The notes beneath the pieces are model-generated. The model searched no databases. It was not told the DNA's origin and saw only the letters and a program-made list of their open reading frames with translations. Shown here piece by piece: positions 8,779 to 18,621 of a stretch of 44,958 nucleotides of DNA; within the stretch, counting starts at the first letter, position 1; each line of letters begins with the position of its first letter. The stretch is from NCBI GenBank assembly GCA_040902855.1, contig JBBDWN010000025.1, forward strand, positions 1 through 44,958, read 5' to 3'. Made by a program: the position numbers and the translations under genes. The stretch is from Acidimicrobiia bacterium (GTDB taxonomy: Bacteria; Actinomycetota; Acidimicrobiia; Spongiisociales; ZC4RG35).

Positions 8779-8794
8779 TCGTACACATGTTCGT
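8779..8794 (+). promoter_or_regulatory. LexA (SOS) box-like palindrome TCGTAC-ACAT-GTTCGT overlapping the ruvC start codon
   Basis: Matches 10 of 12 specified positions of the actinobacterial consensus TCGAAC-N4-GTTCGA. A TACCCT (TANNNT) -10-like hexamer lies at 8772-8777. Confidence 0.4.
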
Positions 8795-9275
8795 CCTTGG
8801 TATCGATCCTGGTCTGACCCGGACCGGCTACGGCCTCGTCCGCCGCGGTCGCGTGCTCGAGGCTGTTGCAGCAGGTGTCATCCGCACGGATCCCGAGCAG
8901 TCGATGGCATCGCGGCTCTTGGAACTCGAACGCGATCTGTCTGGTGTGATCGCCGAGCATCAGCCCGAGGTCGTCGCCATCGAACGAGTCTTCACGAACA
9001 AGAATCGGCAGACGGCCATCTCCGTCGGGCGGGCGTCGGGCGTTGCGATGGTCGTGGCAGCCCGGGCGGGTCTGCAGGTCGCCGAGTACAGCCCCAACGA
9101 GGTGAAGCTCGCCGTCGCGGGTGACGGGTCTGCGTCGAAGGCGGCCGTGGCGTCGATGGTGGCTCGACGACTGACGCTCGGCGCATTGGGTGGTCCGGCC
9201 GATGTGACCGATGCGCTGGCAATCGCAATCTGTCACATCCAGAGCATCCGGCTCCCGGCGAGGGCGCAGCGATGA
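8787..9275 (+). CDS. ruvC: Crossover junction endodeoxyribonuclease RuvC
   Basis: The N-terminus MFVLGIDPGLTRTGYG (catalytic Asp) is typical of the RuvC fold. Heads a ruvC-ruvA-ruvB operon. Confidence 0.9.
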   Translation: MFVLGIDPGLTRTGYGLVRRGRVLEAVAAGVIRTDPEQSMASRLLELERDLSGVIAEHQPEVVAIERVFTNKNRQTAISVGRASGVAMVVAARAGLQVAEYSPNEVKLAVAGDGSASKAAVASMVARRLTLGALGGPADVTDALAIAICHIQSIRLPARAQR

Positions 9276-9835
9276 TCGGCCAACTCCGGGGCAAGGTGGC
9301 AGCCATCGAAGGCGACAGGATCGTCCTCGACGTCTCCGGCGTGGGATACGAGATCCACGTGACGCCGAAGACGGCCGCGGCAGTGGGACAGCCGGGTGAC
9401 GAAGCGACCATCGCCACCCATCTCCACGTACGTGACGACGCCCTCGTCCTGTATGGATTCTCGACTTCCGGGGACCGCGAGCTGTTCAAGATCCTTCTGG
9501 GCGCGCAGGGGGTCGGACCGCGCGTCGCGCTCGGCATCCTCGGGGTGTTCTCGGCCGATGCCCTCAGACGGGTGGTCGCCTCCGAAGACGTCGATGCGTT
9601 GATCCAGGTTCCCGGTATCGGCAAGCGCACCGCCCAACGAATCGTGTTGGATCTGAAGCCGCGCATCGCCGACATGGAGGCCGACATCGTGAGCGGTGCC
9701 GGGAGTCAGGTTCGGCAGGCGCTCGAACAGTTGGGATACTCCGCTGCAGAAATCAGGGAAGCCATGACCGAAGTCGACTCCGACGCTGCCGTCACCGAAC
9801 AGATCCGTTCCGCGCTCCGGCTGCTCGGCCGATGA
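9272..9835 (+). CDS. ruvA: Holliday junction branch migration complex subunit RuvA
   Basis: [10 protein letters not shown]-terminus and HhH motifs ([27 protein letters not shown]). ATGA overlap with ruvC. Confidence 0.9.
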   Translation: MIGQLRGKVAAIEGDRIVLDVSGVGYEIHVTPKTAAAVGQPGDEATIATHLHVRDDALVLYGFSTSGDRELFKILLGAQGVGPRVALGILGVFSADALRRVVASEDVDALIQVPGIGKRTAQRIVLDLKPRIADMEADIVSGAGSQVRQALEQLGYSAAEIREAMTEVDSDAAVTEQIRSALRLLGR

Positions 9836-10857
9836 GGGAGGAAGGGCTTCTGGGTGTCGCGGTCGATCCGATCGACGATCCGTTCGAGATGACGTTGCGG
9901 CCGGCGTCGCTCGACGAGTTTGTCGGACAGCAGATGGTGAAGGAGCGCCTGCGCATCTCAGTGGAGGCCGCTCGCGCCCTGAACAAGCCACTCGATCACG
10001 TGCTGCTCTCCGGACCGCCCGGCTTGGGCAAGACATCTCTGGCCTGGATCATCGCCCACGAGTTGGGTGCGTCGATCCTGAAGACGTCAGGCCCTGCTTT
10101 GGAGCGGCCGGGTGACCTTGCCGCCATCCTCTCGAATCTCAATCCGGGCGACGTCTTTTTCATCGACGAGATCCACCGCCTGCCGAGGCAGGTCGAGGAA
10201 GTGCTCTATCCTGCGATGGAGGACTTCGAACTCGACATCGTGCTCGGCAAGGGGCCGGCTGCCAGTTCTATCCGTCTCGACCTGCCCCCGTTCACTCTGG
10301 TCGGGGCGACCACCCGGATCGGAACCGTGTCGGCACCTCTCCGCGACCGCTTCGGACTGGTCGAGCGCATCGACTACTACACGGCGGCCGACCTCGAACT
10401 GATCGTTCGACGATCCGCCTCCATTCTGGGCGCCGACGTCGACGACGGCGGAGCCAAGGCGATCGCCCGCCGCAGCCGAGGCACCGCCCGCATCGCCAAC
10501 CGACTGCTCGCCCGGGTCAACGACTATGCCGTCGCCCGCGGCGACGGGACCGTGCGGGAAGGCGTGGCTGACGAAGCGCTGGCCGTCTACGAGATCGACA
10601 ATTTGGGTCTCGACAAGGTGGACAGGGCGATCCTCGATGCGATCGTCAACCGGTTCTCCGGGGGACCGGTCGGGCTCGGCACGCTCGCGATCGCAGTGGG
10701 CGAGGAACAGGAGACCGTCGAGGACGCATACGAACCCTTTCTGTTGCAGCTGGGACTCATCCAGCGGACGCCTCGAGGCCGAGTGGCCACGGTCGGGGCC
10801 TACCGGCACCTGGGACTCGAACCCCCCACCTCAGGGCATCCGACGCTCGACCTCTGA
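9832..10857 (+). CDS. ruvB: Holliday junction branch migration DNA helicase RuvB
   Basis: Walker [12 protein letters not shown], Walker B FIDEIHRL, and GATTR. ATGA overlap with ruvA. Confidence 0.95.
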   Translation: MREEGLLGVAVDPIDDPFEMTLRPASLDEFVGQQMVKERLRISVEAARALNKPLDHVLLSGPPGLGKTSLAWIIAHELGASILKTSGPALERPGDLAAILSNLNPGDVFFIDEIHRLPRQVEEVLYPAMEDFELDIVLGKGPAASSIRLDLPPFTLVGATTRIGTVSAPLRDRFGLVERIDYYTAADLELIVRRSASILGADVDDGGAKAIARRSRGTARIANRLLARVNDYAVARGDGTVREGVADEALAVYEIDNLGLDKVDRAILDAIVNRFSGGPVGLGTLAIAVGEEQETVEDAYEPFLLQLGLIQRTPRGRVATVGAYRHLGLEPPTSGHPTLDL

Positions 10858-11858
10858 TGCAGGTCGAGGAGTTTCGATACGAACTGCCGGACGCGGCGAT
10901 CGCCCAACACCCGGTTGAGCCGCGTGACTCGGCGCGATTGCTCGACACCCGTGACGGATCCGACCATCGCTTCGCCGACCTCGCCGCCCGACTCGAACCA
11001 GGTGATCTTGTCGTCGTGAACACCACGAGGGTGCGACATGCCAGGCTGGTTGGAAGGCGGTCGGAGACAGGGGGGAGGATCGAGTTGCTTCTGCTGACTC
11101 GACGACAGACCGGTGGTTGGAGCGCGCTGGCCGCCCCGGCTCGGCGTCTTCGGCCCGGCGTCGCCCTGGAGTTCGGCCCGCTCACCGCCATCGTCACGGA
11201 TGGACCGGTCGACGGCATCGTCGGGGTCGAGTTCGACGACGAGGCACTCCTCGACTCGGTGGGCACGGTCCCTCTCCCGCCGTACATCACCGAAGAACTC
11301 GCCGATCCGGGGCGGTACCAGACGATCTTCGCCGACCACCCGGGCTCAGCCGCAGCACCGACCGCCGGGTTGCACTTCACCCAACGGGTCCTCGACCGCC
11401 TTGCTATCCGGGGAATCGACCTGGCCACCGTCGAACTCGACGTGGGGATCGGGACCTTTCGCCCGATCACCGCAGACCACATCTCCGATCACGTGATGCA
11501 TCGTGAACGGTGTTCGATACCGCAGACGACGACGGATGCGATCGCGGCGGCGAGAGCCAGAAGCGGACGGGTCGTCGCAATCGGCACGACCACGGTGCGA
11601 ACACTCGAGACGTTCGGCCAAGAGGATGGAACTGTCGTGACGGGTGAGACCGAAACCGATCTCTTCCTGCAACCCGGCAGTACGTTTCGGGTCGTCGATG
11701 TACTCGTCACCAACTTCCACGTCCCAGGATCGTCGCTTCTCGTGATGCTGGCAGCCTTCATGGGAGAGGGATGGCGCGATGCGTACGCCACGGCGCTGGA
11801 TCGCGGATACCGGTTCCTGAGTTTTGGTGACGCCATGCTGGCGGAGCGCCGCAGGTGA
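10857..11858 (+). CDS. queA: tRNA preQ1(34) S-adenosylmethionine ribosyltransferase-isomerase QueA
   Basis: FRYELPDAAIAQHPVEPRDSARLL N-terminus, PLPPYI, and TNFHVPGSSLL. TGATG overlap with ruvB. Confidence 0.9.
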   Translation: MQVEEFRYELPDAAIAQHPVEPRDSARLLDTRDGSDHRFADLAARLEPGDLVVVNTTRVRHARLVGRRSETGGRIELLLLTRRQTGGWSALAAPARRLRPGVALEFGPLTAIVTDGPVDGIVGVEFDDEALLDSVGTVPLPPYITEELADPGRYQTIFADHPGSAAAPTAGLHFTQRVLDRLAIRGIDLATVELDVGIGTFRPITADHISDHVMHRERCSIPQTTTDAIAAARARSGRVVAIGTTTVRTLETFGQEDGTVVTGETETDLFLQPGSTFRVVDVLVTNFHVPGSSLLVMLAAFMGEGWRDAYATALDRGYRFLSFGDAMLAERRR

Positions 11859-12976
11859 ACGCCGCGCCCTTCACCACGAGCGCGGTCGACGGCGACGCTC
11901 GCGCCGGTCTGCTTGACCTGACTCACGGCTCGGTGCAGACGCCTGCCTTCATGCCGGTCGGCACCCGGGCGGTGGTCAAAGGCCTCGACGCGGCCGATCT
12001 CGCCGAGGTGGGAGCTCAGATGGTGCTCTCCAACACCTATCACCTGATGTTGCGTCCCGGTGCGGAAGCGGTGGCCGCGATGGGCGGTCTCGGTGAGTTC
12101 CAGGGTTGGAAGGGGCCGACCCTCACCGACTCCGGTGGGTATCAGGTGTTCTCGCTGGACCCGACGATCACCGAAGACGAGGCCGTGTTTCGATCGACCT
12201 ACGACGGATCCGAAGTCCGACTCTCGCCCGAGGAGGCGATGCGGGTCCAGCAGTTGCTCGGCGCCGATGTGGCCATGGTGCTCGACGTGCTCATCGGATT
12301 GCCCGCCGAGAGGGAGGCGGTCGAGTCCGCTCTCGAACGGACGTTACGGTGGTCGGAGAGGGCGCTGGCCGTCCACGACCGACCAGACCAGGCACTGTTC
12401 GGAATCGTCCAGGGCGGGGTGGACCCGGACTTGCGAGCGAGAAGTGCCCGCAAGACCGACGCTCTCGGTTTCGGGGGATTCGGGATTGGAGGATTGTCGG
12501 TTGGGGAGACGGCGACAGAACGGAACGTGGCGCTGGAGGCCACCTTGCCCGAACTCGCAGCAGACAAGGTGCGGTATGTGATGGGTCTCGGCGATCCGGA
12601 AGGGGTTCTCGACGCCGTCGCTCGCGGCTGTGATCTCTTCGACTGCGTCTGGCCGACCCGCCTTGCTCGCCATGGCAGGGTTCTCACCCCCGACGGTGAC
12701 TTCAACCTTCGCCGTGCCGAGTATGCGATCGATCCGCGACCCTTGCACCCCGAGTGCCGGTGTCGGGCATGCACCCAGGTCGGAAGGGGCTATCTCAGGC
12801 ACTTGCTCCTGGCCAAGGAGCTCACGGTGTTCCGCCTGCTCTCGATCCACAACCTCACCTACACGTTGGATCTCATGGCGCAGGTCCGAGCGGCGATCTC
12901 CGCCGGGAGGTTCTCAGACTTCTGCGGATCGGTTCGAGAACGGCGCTCGACTGGTGTCCTGGCGGGAGATGGGTAA
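11855..12976 (+). CDS. tgt: Queuine/preQ1 tRNA-ribosyltransferase Tgt
   Basis: TPAFMPVGT, LTDSGGYQVFSL and GIGGLSVGE motifs, plus a Zn site CRCRAC...H. GTGA overlap with queA. Confidence 0.9.
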   Translation: MNAAPFTTSAVDGDARAGLLDLTHGSVQTPAFMPVGTRAVVKGLDAADLAEVGAQMVLSNTYHLMLRPGAEAVAAMGGLGEFQGWKGPTLTDSGGYQVFSLDPTITEDEAVFRSTYDGSEVRLSPEEAMRVQQLLGADVAMVLDVLIGLPAEREAVESALERTLRWSERALAVHDRPDQALFGIVQGGVDPDLRARSARKTDALGFGGFGIGGLSVGETATERNVALEATLPELAADKVRYVMGLGDPEGVLDAVARGCDLFDCVWPTRLARHGRVLTPDGDFNLRRAEYAIDPRPLHPECRCRACTQVGRGYLRHLLLAKELTVFRLLSIHNLTYTLDLMAQVRAAISAGRFSDFCGSVRERRSTGVLAGDG

Positions 12977-13012
12977 TCTCGCCGTTCCCCCGGGACCAGG
13001 AGTTGTCTCATC

Positions 13013-13309
13013 GTGTCCGAAATGATCGTTCTTGCCCAAGAAGCCACGGGAGGCGGCGGATCGTCGCTCTTCCTGCTGTTGATGCTCGGTGCCTTCGTGG
13101 TGCTCTTCATCCTTCCCCAGCGCAAGCGCAAGAAGCAGGTCGAATCCCTGCAGGCGGCGCTCAGCCTGGGTGACGACGTGCAGACCATCGGCGGAGTCAT
13201 CGGCAAAGTCGTCTCTCTCGACGACGACACCGTCGTGATCGAGGTCGAGAGCGGCCGTCTCCGCTTCGCCCGCCGCGCGATTGCGTCGCGCTCCGGCCTC
13301 GAAGTCTGA
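13013..13309 (+). CDS. yajC: Preprotein translocase subunit YajC
   Basis: Single TM followed by ILPQRKRKKQ and a GGVIGKV motif. Sits upstream of secD. Confidence 0.8.
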   Translation: MSEMIVLAQEATGGGGSSLFLLLMLGAFVVLFILPQRKRKKQVESLQAALSLGDDVQTIGGVIGKVVSLDDDTVVIEVESGRLRFARRAIASRSGLEV

Positions 13310-13311
13310 GT

Positions 13312-14769
13312 ATGGGCCGGCGCGTCATCGGTCTCGTCATCGTGCTCGCCCTTGCCTGGGGCGGGCTCGGGGCGCTGACGGCCGCCGGCATCACACCCCG
13401 GCTGGGACTCGACCTCCAGGGTGGGACCAGCGTCGTGCTCACCGCACCGCCTGACACCGACGAAGAGGTGCTCGAAGTTGCGGTCGAGGTCATGCGAAAC
13501 CGAATCGAGGACATCGGTGGCGTCCAGGAGCCCGAGATCGCCATCTCCGGTGCCAACACCGTCGTGGTCCAACTTCCCGGTGTCGAGGACGAACGTCGAG
13601 CGCTCGATGCCATCGGTCAGACCGGTCAGCTCAGTTTTCGACCGGTGCTTGGTGAGACGCCCGGCGGCGTCGGTCCGCTCGCCGGTGACGAAGCTCCTGC
13701 GGGAATCGATCCAGTGACCGGCCTGTCCATCGAAGATGATCTCACCACCGAGTCCTATCTCGTCTACGAGCGACAGAGCTTCCTCACCGGCGAAACGGTG
13801 CCGGCCGTGCTCCACCTTGGACCGGCGCAGTTGCTCGGTGGCGATGTGGCGTCAGCGATACCGGGGTTCAACACCGCCAACGGGCAGTGGAGCGTCTCGC
13901 TCGGTCTGACAGGAGAGGGCGGGGACATATTCGCCCAGCTCACCGGGGAGGCAGCCCGCTTCGGGCTTGGCGATCCGCGCCGACAGATTGCGATCGTCCT
14001 CGACGGGGAGGTGCTGGCAGCACCGGAAGTCAACATCGACGTGAACCCGGGGACCGGTATCACGGGTGGCCAGGCTTCCATCACCCTGGGAGCATCGCCA
14101 GACGCCGAGCAGGAGGCACAAGACCTGGGAGTCGTGTTGCGATATGGGTCGTTGCCCGTGTCTTTCGAGCGATCCTCTGTGTCGAAGGTGTCGGCCTCCC
14201 TCGGCACGGACTCGCTCCTGGTCGGGCTCTATGCCGGTGCCGCCGGTCTGGCGCTCGTCGCCATCCTGCTTCTTGTCTTCTATCGAGCGCTCGGCCTGGT
14301 CGCTCTCGTCGGGCTCACCGTCTTTGGGTCCCTGCTCATCGGCATCTTCTCCGCGCTCGGGGCCCTCGAGAGCTTCGGACTGACGCTCACGTTGGCGGGC
14401 GTCACCGGGATCATCGTGGCGGTGGGCATCACCGCGGACTCCTACATCGTCTACTTCGAACGGGTCAAGGACGAGGTCAGAGCCGGGGCGGACATGGAAA
14501 CCGCGGTCACGGACGGATTCAAGGACGCATATCGGACGATCTTGACCGCAGACACGGTTTCGCTGCTCGGGGCGGTGCTGTTGTACCTGTTGGCGGTCGG
14601 TGCGGTTCGAGGATTCGCGCTCGCCCTCGGAATCGCCACCGTTCTCGATCTCTTCGTCGCCCGCGTGTACACCAGGCGTGCCGTGTGGCTGCTCGGACGC
14701 TCCCGCCTCGGTGACGGCGGGGCGTTCTCGATCGCCGGTGCTGCCGGTGCGAAGGAGGTCACGCCGTGA
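13312..14769 (+). CDS. secD: Protein translocase subunit SecD
   Basis: N-terminal TM, periplasmic domain (LGLDLQGGTSVVL) and a C-terminal 5-TM block. Gene order is yajC-secD-secF. Confidence 0.9.
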   Translation: MGRRVIGLVIVLALAWGGLGALTAAGITPRLGLDLQGGTSVVLTAPPDTDEEVLEVAVEVMRNRIEDIGGVQEPEIAISGANTVVVQLPGVEDERRALDAIGQTGQLSFRPVLGETPGGVGPLAGDEAPAGIDPVTGLSIEDDLTTESYLVYERQSFLTGETVPAVLHLGPAQLLGGDVASAIPGFNTANGQWSVSLGLTGEGGDIFAQLTGEAARFGLGDPRRQIAIVLDGEVLAAPEVNIDVNPGTGITGGQASITLGASPDAEQEAQDLGVVLRYGSLPVSFERSSVSKVSASLGTDSLLVGLYAGAAGLALVAILLLVFYRALGLVALVGLTVFGSLLIGIFSALGALESFGLTLTLAGVTGIIVAVGITADSYIVYFERVKDEVRAGADMETAVTDGFKDAYRTILTADTVSLLGAVLLYLLAVGAVRGFALALGIATVLDLFVARVYTRRAVWLLGRSRLGDGGAFSIAGAAGAKEVTP

Positions 14770-15839
14770 GCATGTGGAGCAAACTCTCACGCGGCGAGAC
14801 GACCATCGACTTCGTCGGACTGCGTCGCCGCTGGTTCGTCATCTCCGGAGTTCTCATCCTTTTGTCGCTGTTGTCACTGGGCGCACGCCAACTCAACTTC
14901 GGTTTGGAGTTCGAAGGCGGCGTGGCCATCCAGAGCCCCAACCCAGCGGGTGCCGACATCACCGAATTCCGAGACACGATCGGCGATATCGGGTTCCCGG
15001 ATGCCCGGATCCAACTGGTGGACGACGGTGCAGGGGTGCTCGTCCAGACCGGTCCCCTCGCCCAGGATGACGAGGACCGACTGATCGACGCCATCACCGA
15101 CCTCGCCGGCGTCGAGCGCGTCGACACGTCGTTGGACGCCGTCGGCCCGACCTTCGGGAGTCTCGTGGCGCGCCAAGCGCTGATCGCGCTCGGCGTGTTC
15201 CTGGCGCTCGCAGTGTTGTTCATCGCGTGGCGGTTGCAGTGGAAGATGGGCCTGGTCGGCATCGTGGCTCTCTTCCACGACATGATCATCACCGTCGGGG
15301 TCTACTCCCTGCTCCAGTTCCCGGTCACGCCGGCAACCGTGGTGGCGTTACTGACGATCCTGGGCTATTCGCTGTATGACACGGTTGTCGTCTTCGACCG
15401 GGTCGAGGAGTACACCGAAGAGTTGGGCGAGGATCACACCTACACCGAGATCGTCAACCGCGCCATGAACAAGGTGTTGATCCGCTCGCTCCTCACCTCT
15501 CTCACCTCGCTCGTCCCCGTCGGATCGCTTCTCTTCGTCGGGTCGATCTTGCTGGGAGCCGCCAGCCTGCAGGACTTCGCCTTGGCGCTCTTCGTCGGAA
15601 TGGCAGCCGGAACATATTCGTCGATCATGATCGCCGGTCCGCTTCTCGCTGTGTGGCGAGAGAAGGAAGATCACTGGAGCGATCATCGCGCCGAAGTGAT
15701 GCGGATCCGCGAACTGCGTGCCGCACGGGCGGTGGAGCCCGCCGCCGCCCCATCGCGACCACGGGTTCAAGAGTCCACCGAGCCCCGGCCGAGCGGAAGC
15801 GGGCCTGCGCCGCGTCCGCCGAAACGCGGTCGACGGTGA
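14766..15839 (+). CDS. secF: Protein translocase subunit SecF
   Basis: IDFVGLRRRWF N-terminus, LGLEFEGG, and a 6-TM core. GTGA overlap with secD. Confidence 0.9.
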   Translation: MSMWSKLSRGETTIDFVGLRRRWFVISGVLILLSLLSLGARQLNFGLEFEGGVAIQSPNPAGADITEFRDTIGDIGFPDARIQLVDDGAGVLVQTGPLAQDDEDRLIDAITDLAGVERVDTSLDAVGPTFGSLVARQALIALGVFLALAVLFIAWRLQWKMGLVGIVALFHDMIITVGVYSLLQFPVTPATVVALLTILGYSLYDTVVVFDRVEEYTEELGEDHTYTEIVNRAMNKVLIRSLLTSLTSLVPVGSLLFVGSILLGAASLQDFALALFVGMAAGTYSSIMIAGPLLAVWREKEDHWSDHRAEVMRIRELRAARAVEPAAAPSRPRVQESTEPRPSGSGPAPRPPKRGRR

Positions 15840-15868
15840 ACCGAATGCGTCGAGGGCGATAGAATTCC

Positions 15869-16387
15869 GTGGTGGAATCGATCCGAGCACTGATCCGCGA
15901 GATCCCGGACTACCCGAAACCGGGAGTCTTGTTCTACGACATCACACCCGTCCTGGGAGACGGTCCGGCGTTCAGCGATCTCCTCCGACGAATGGTGGAT
16001 CCGCACCGAGATGCAGGGATCACGAAAGTCGCCGGCATCGAGGCTCGGGGCTTCACCCTGGCTGCGCCGATTGCCCGCATGCTCGGCGCCGGTTTCATCC
16101 CCGTGCGCAAGCCCGGGAAGCTCCCGTACGACACCAATCGCCGGACCTACGACCTCGAGTACGGAACCGACGCGCTCGAAGTCCATGTCGACGCCGCCGG
16201 TCCGGATGACCGGGTGCTTCTGGTGGACGACGTCATCGCCACCGGAGGAACAGCCGCCGCGGCCGCCGCGCTGCTGGGCGAACTCGGGTCTGACGTCGTG
16301 GGACTGAGCGTGTTCATCGAATTGACGTTTCTCAACGGACGGGACCGACTCGGGGATCTTCCGCTACATGCTCTCCTCGAGTACTGA
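15869..16387 (+). CDS. apt: Adenine phosphoribosyltransferase
   Basis: IREIPDYPKPGVLFYDITP and the PRPP motif VLLVDDVIATGGTA. Confidence 0.9.
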   Translation: MVESIRALIREIPDYPKPGVLFYDITPVLGDGPAFSDLLRRMVDPHRDAGITKVAGIEARGFTLAAPIARMLGAGFIPVRKPGKLPYDTNRRTYDLEYGTDALEVHVDAAGPDDRVLLVDDVIATGGTAAAAAALLGELGSDVVGLSVFIELTFLNGRDRLGDLPLHALLEY

Positions 16388-18539
16388 CCCGCTCGACTAT
16401 CGAGATGTCCTGGCGGAATACGTCCGTCACCATCCCGGCGCGGAGACGACGGTGCTCGAAAGGGCCTACCAGATGGCCGCCCGTGCGCACGCAGGACAGA
16501 TCCGAAAGTCGGGGGAGCCGTACATCACCCATCCGGTGGCGGTCACTGCGATCCTCGCCGGGTACGGACTCGACGAGGCGACCCTGACGGCCGGATTCCT
16601 CCACGACACGATCGAAGACACCGACATCGGCCTCGAGGACATCGTTGCCGAATTCGGTCAGGAGGTGGCGTTCCTCATCGACGGCGTCACGAAGCTCGAC
16701 CGGCTCGAATACGACAGCCCGCAGCAGGCACAAGCCGCGACGATCCGCAAGATGGTCGTGGCCATGGCTCAGGACGTCAGGGTCCTCGTCATCAAGCTCT
16801 GCGACCGACTCCACAACATCCGCACCGTCTCGGCTCTGCGGGGCGAGAAGCAGGAACGTGTCGCCCGAGAGACGCTCGACATTTACGCCCCTCTCGCCCA
16901 TCGTCTCGGCGTCCAGGAGATCAAGCACGAACTGGAGGATCGTTGCTTCAAGATCCTCTATCCGGACCGTTTCGCCGAGATCGAAAAGCGCCTGCTGGAA
17001 CGTGCGCCCGAGCGGGATGTCTTCATCGAGAAGATCGTCCAGGAGCTCGAAGCCATGGTCACCGATGCCGACATTCGCGCCGACATCTCCGGCCGACCGA
17101 AGCACCACTATTCGATCTACCGCAAGATCGTCGAGTCCGGTCGTCCGTTCGAGGAAATCCACGACCTCATCGGCGTCCGCATCGTGGTGGAGACCGTTCA
17201 ACAGTGTTACGGCGTGCTCGGACTCGTCCACGCCCGTTGGATGCCGGTATCGGGTCGGTTCAAGGACTACATCGCGATGCCGAAGTTCAACTTGTACCAA
17301 TCGCTTCACACGACGGTGATCGGTCCGGACGGAAAGCCGCTGGAAGTTCAGATCCGGACCCAGGAGATGCATCGGTTGGCCGAGGCTGGCGTCGCTGCCC
17401 ACTGGCGGTACAAGGAGGGCAGGGAGGCGACGACTCTCGAATGGGCGGGAGGCCTGCAGGCGCTGCAGGGTGAAGACGACCCCGAGGAGTTCCTCGACTC
17501 GCTCAAACTGGATCTGTATCAGGACGAAGTCTTCGTGATGACACCCAACGGCGATGTCAAGACCCTCCCGCGGGGTGCCACCGCCGTCGATTTCGCCTAC
17601 GCGGTCCATACGGAGGTGGGGCATCGGTGTGTCGGGGCGAGGGTGAATGGCCGGCTGATGCCGCTCTCGACCCGGGTCGAATCAGGAGACATCGTCGAAG
17701 TTCTCACGTCCAAATCTGCGGACGCGGGTCCGTCGCGCGACTGGCTCAAGTTCGTCCGGACGTCTCGCGCCCGGTCCAAGATCAAACAGTGGTTCCTGAA
17801 GGAACGGCGCGAGCTCGCCGTCGTCGAGGGTCGCGATCAAGTGATGACCGCCCTTCGCAAGGAGGGGTTGGGGCTCGGTGCGAACGAAAGGGAGGCACTG
17901 TTCTCCGAGGTGGCCTCGGAATTCGCCAAACAGGACGTGGCCGGGCTGATGGCGGCAGTGGGCCAGGGCGAGGTGGGAGTCAACACTGTCGTCCAGCGGA
18001 TCGTCCGGTCCGTCCGGCCAGAAGAGGACGACGAGGACCTCCTTGCGCCCGTCAAGCCGAGAAAGTACTCGTCTGCCGGTCCCGGAATCATCGTCGAGGG
18101 CCTCGATGACATGATGGTGCGAATCGCCCGATGTTGTGCCCCGGTGCCCGGTGACGGGATCGTCGGATTCGTCACCGTTGGCAGGGGAGTGTCGGTCCAT
18201 CGGGACGACTGCACGAACCTGAATTCCCTTGCCGACGAACGAAGGGAACGGATGGTCGAAGTCGGTTGGAGTGCGGAGCGGGTCGGGACCTTCGCAGTGT
18301 GGGTCCAGGTGGAGGCTTTGGACCGGACCAAGCTGCTTCGAGACGTCACGGAAGTCATCTCCGATCTCGGCGGCAACATCACCGCCTCGTCGTCGATCAC
18401 AGGGCGCGATCGGATCGCCATCCTCCGCTATGAGGTCGAACTGTCGGATCCAGGATCGGTCGACAAGCTGATCAACGACCTGCGCGGGGTCGACGGCGTC
18501 TTCGCCGCCTTCCGGTTGGTGTCCGAACCCACGGATTGA
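16368..18539 (+). CDS. rel: Bifunctional (p)ppGpp synthetase/hydrolase Rel (RelA/SpoT family)
   Basis: HD hydrolase domain (YITHPVAVT, HDTIEDT), synthetase domain (HYSIYRKI, YQSLHTTVIGP, EVQIRT), then TGS and ACT regions. Overlaps apt by 20 nt. Confidence 0.95.
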   Translation: MLSSSTDPLDYRDVLAEYVRHHPGAETTVLERAYQMAARAHAGQIRKSGEPYITHPVAVTAILAGYGLDEATLTAGFLHDTIEDTDIGLEDIVAEFGQEVAFLIDGVTKLDRLEYDSPQQAQAATIRKMVVAMAQDVRVLVIKLCDRLHNIRTVSALRGEKQERVARETLDIYAPLAHRLGVQEIKHELEDRCFKILYPDRFAEIEKRLLERAPERDVFIEKIVQELEAMVTDADIRADISGRPKHHYSIYRKIVESGRPFEEIHDLIGVRIVVETVQQCYGVLGLVHARWMPVSGRFKDYIAMPKFNLYQSLHTTVIGPDGKPLEVQIRTQEMHRLAEAGVAAHWRYKEGREATTLEWAGGLQALQGEDDPEEFLDSLKLDLYQDEVFVMTPNGDVKTLPRGATAVDFAYAVHTEVGHRCVGARVNGRLMPLSTRVESGDIVEVLTSKSADAGPSRDWLKFVRTSRARSKIKQWFLKERRELAVVEGRDQVMTALRKEGLGLGANEREALFSEVASEFAKQDVAGLMAAVGQGEVGVNTVVQRIVRSVRPEEDDEDLLAPVKPRKYSSAGPGIIVEGLDDMMVRIARCCAPVPGDGIVGFVTVGRGVSVHRDDCTNLNSLADERRERMVEVGWSAERVGTFAVWVQVEALDRTKLLRDVTEVISDLGGNITASSSITGRDRIAILRYEVELSDPGSVDKLINDLRGVDGVFAAFRLVSEPTD

Positions 18540-18621
18540 CGGGTATTCGGGCGGATTGACCCTTCAGGGATCGGCGGCTTGAGCCGATGGGACCACACGA
18601 CAATTTCAGGGGGTCCCTGCC

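Noticed and set aside
16332-17624. 430-aa minus-strand ORF antisense to rel
   Set aside because: It lies entirely inside the strongly supported rel CDS. It has no recognisable domains and looks like a high-GC antisense artefact.
18589-18617. GGGACC...GGTCCC hairpin just upstream of the cvnA GTG
   Set aside because: A 6-bp stem with a 17-nt loop and no T-run. This is not distinguishable from chance pairing in GC-rich DNA and not convincing as a rel terminator.
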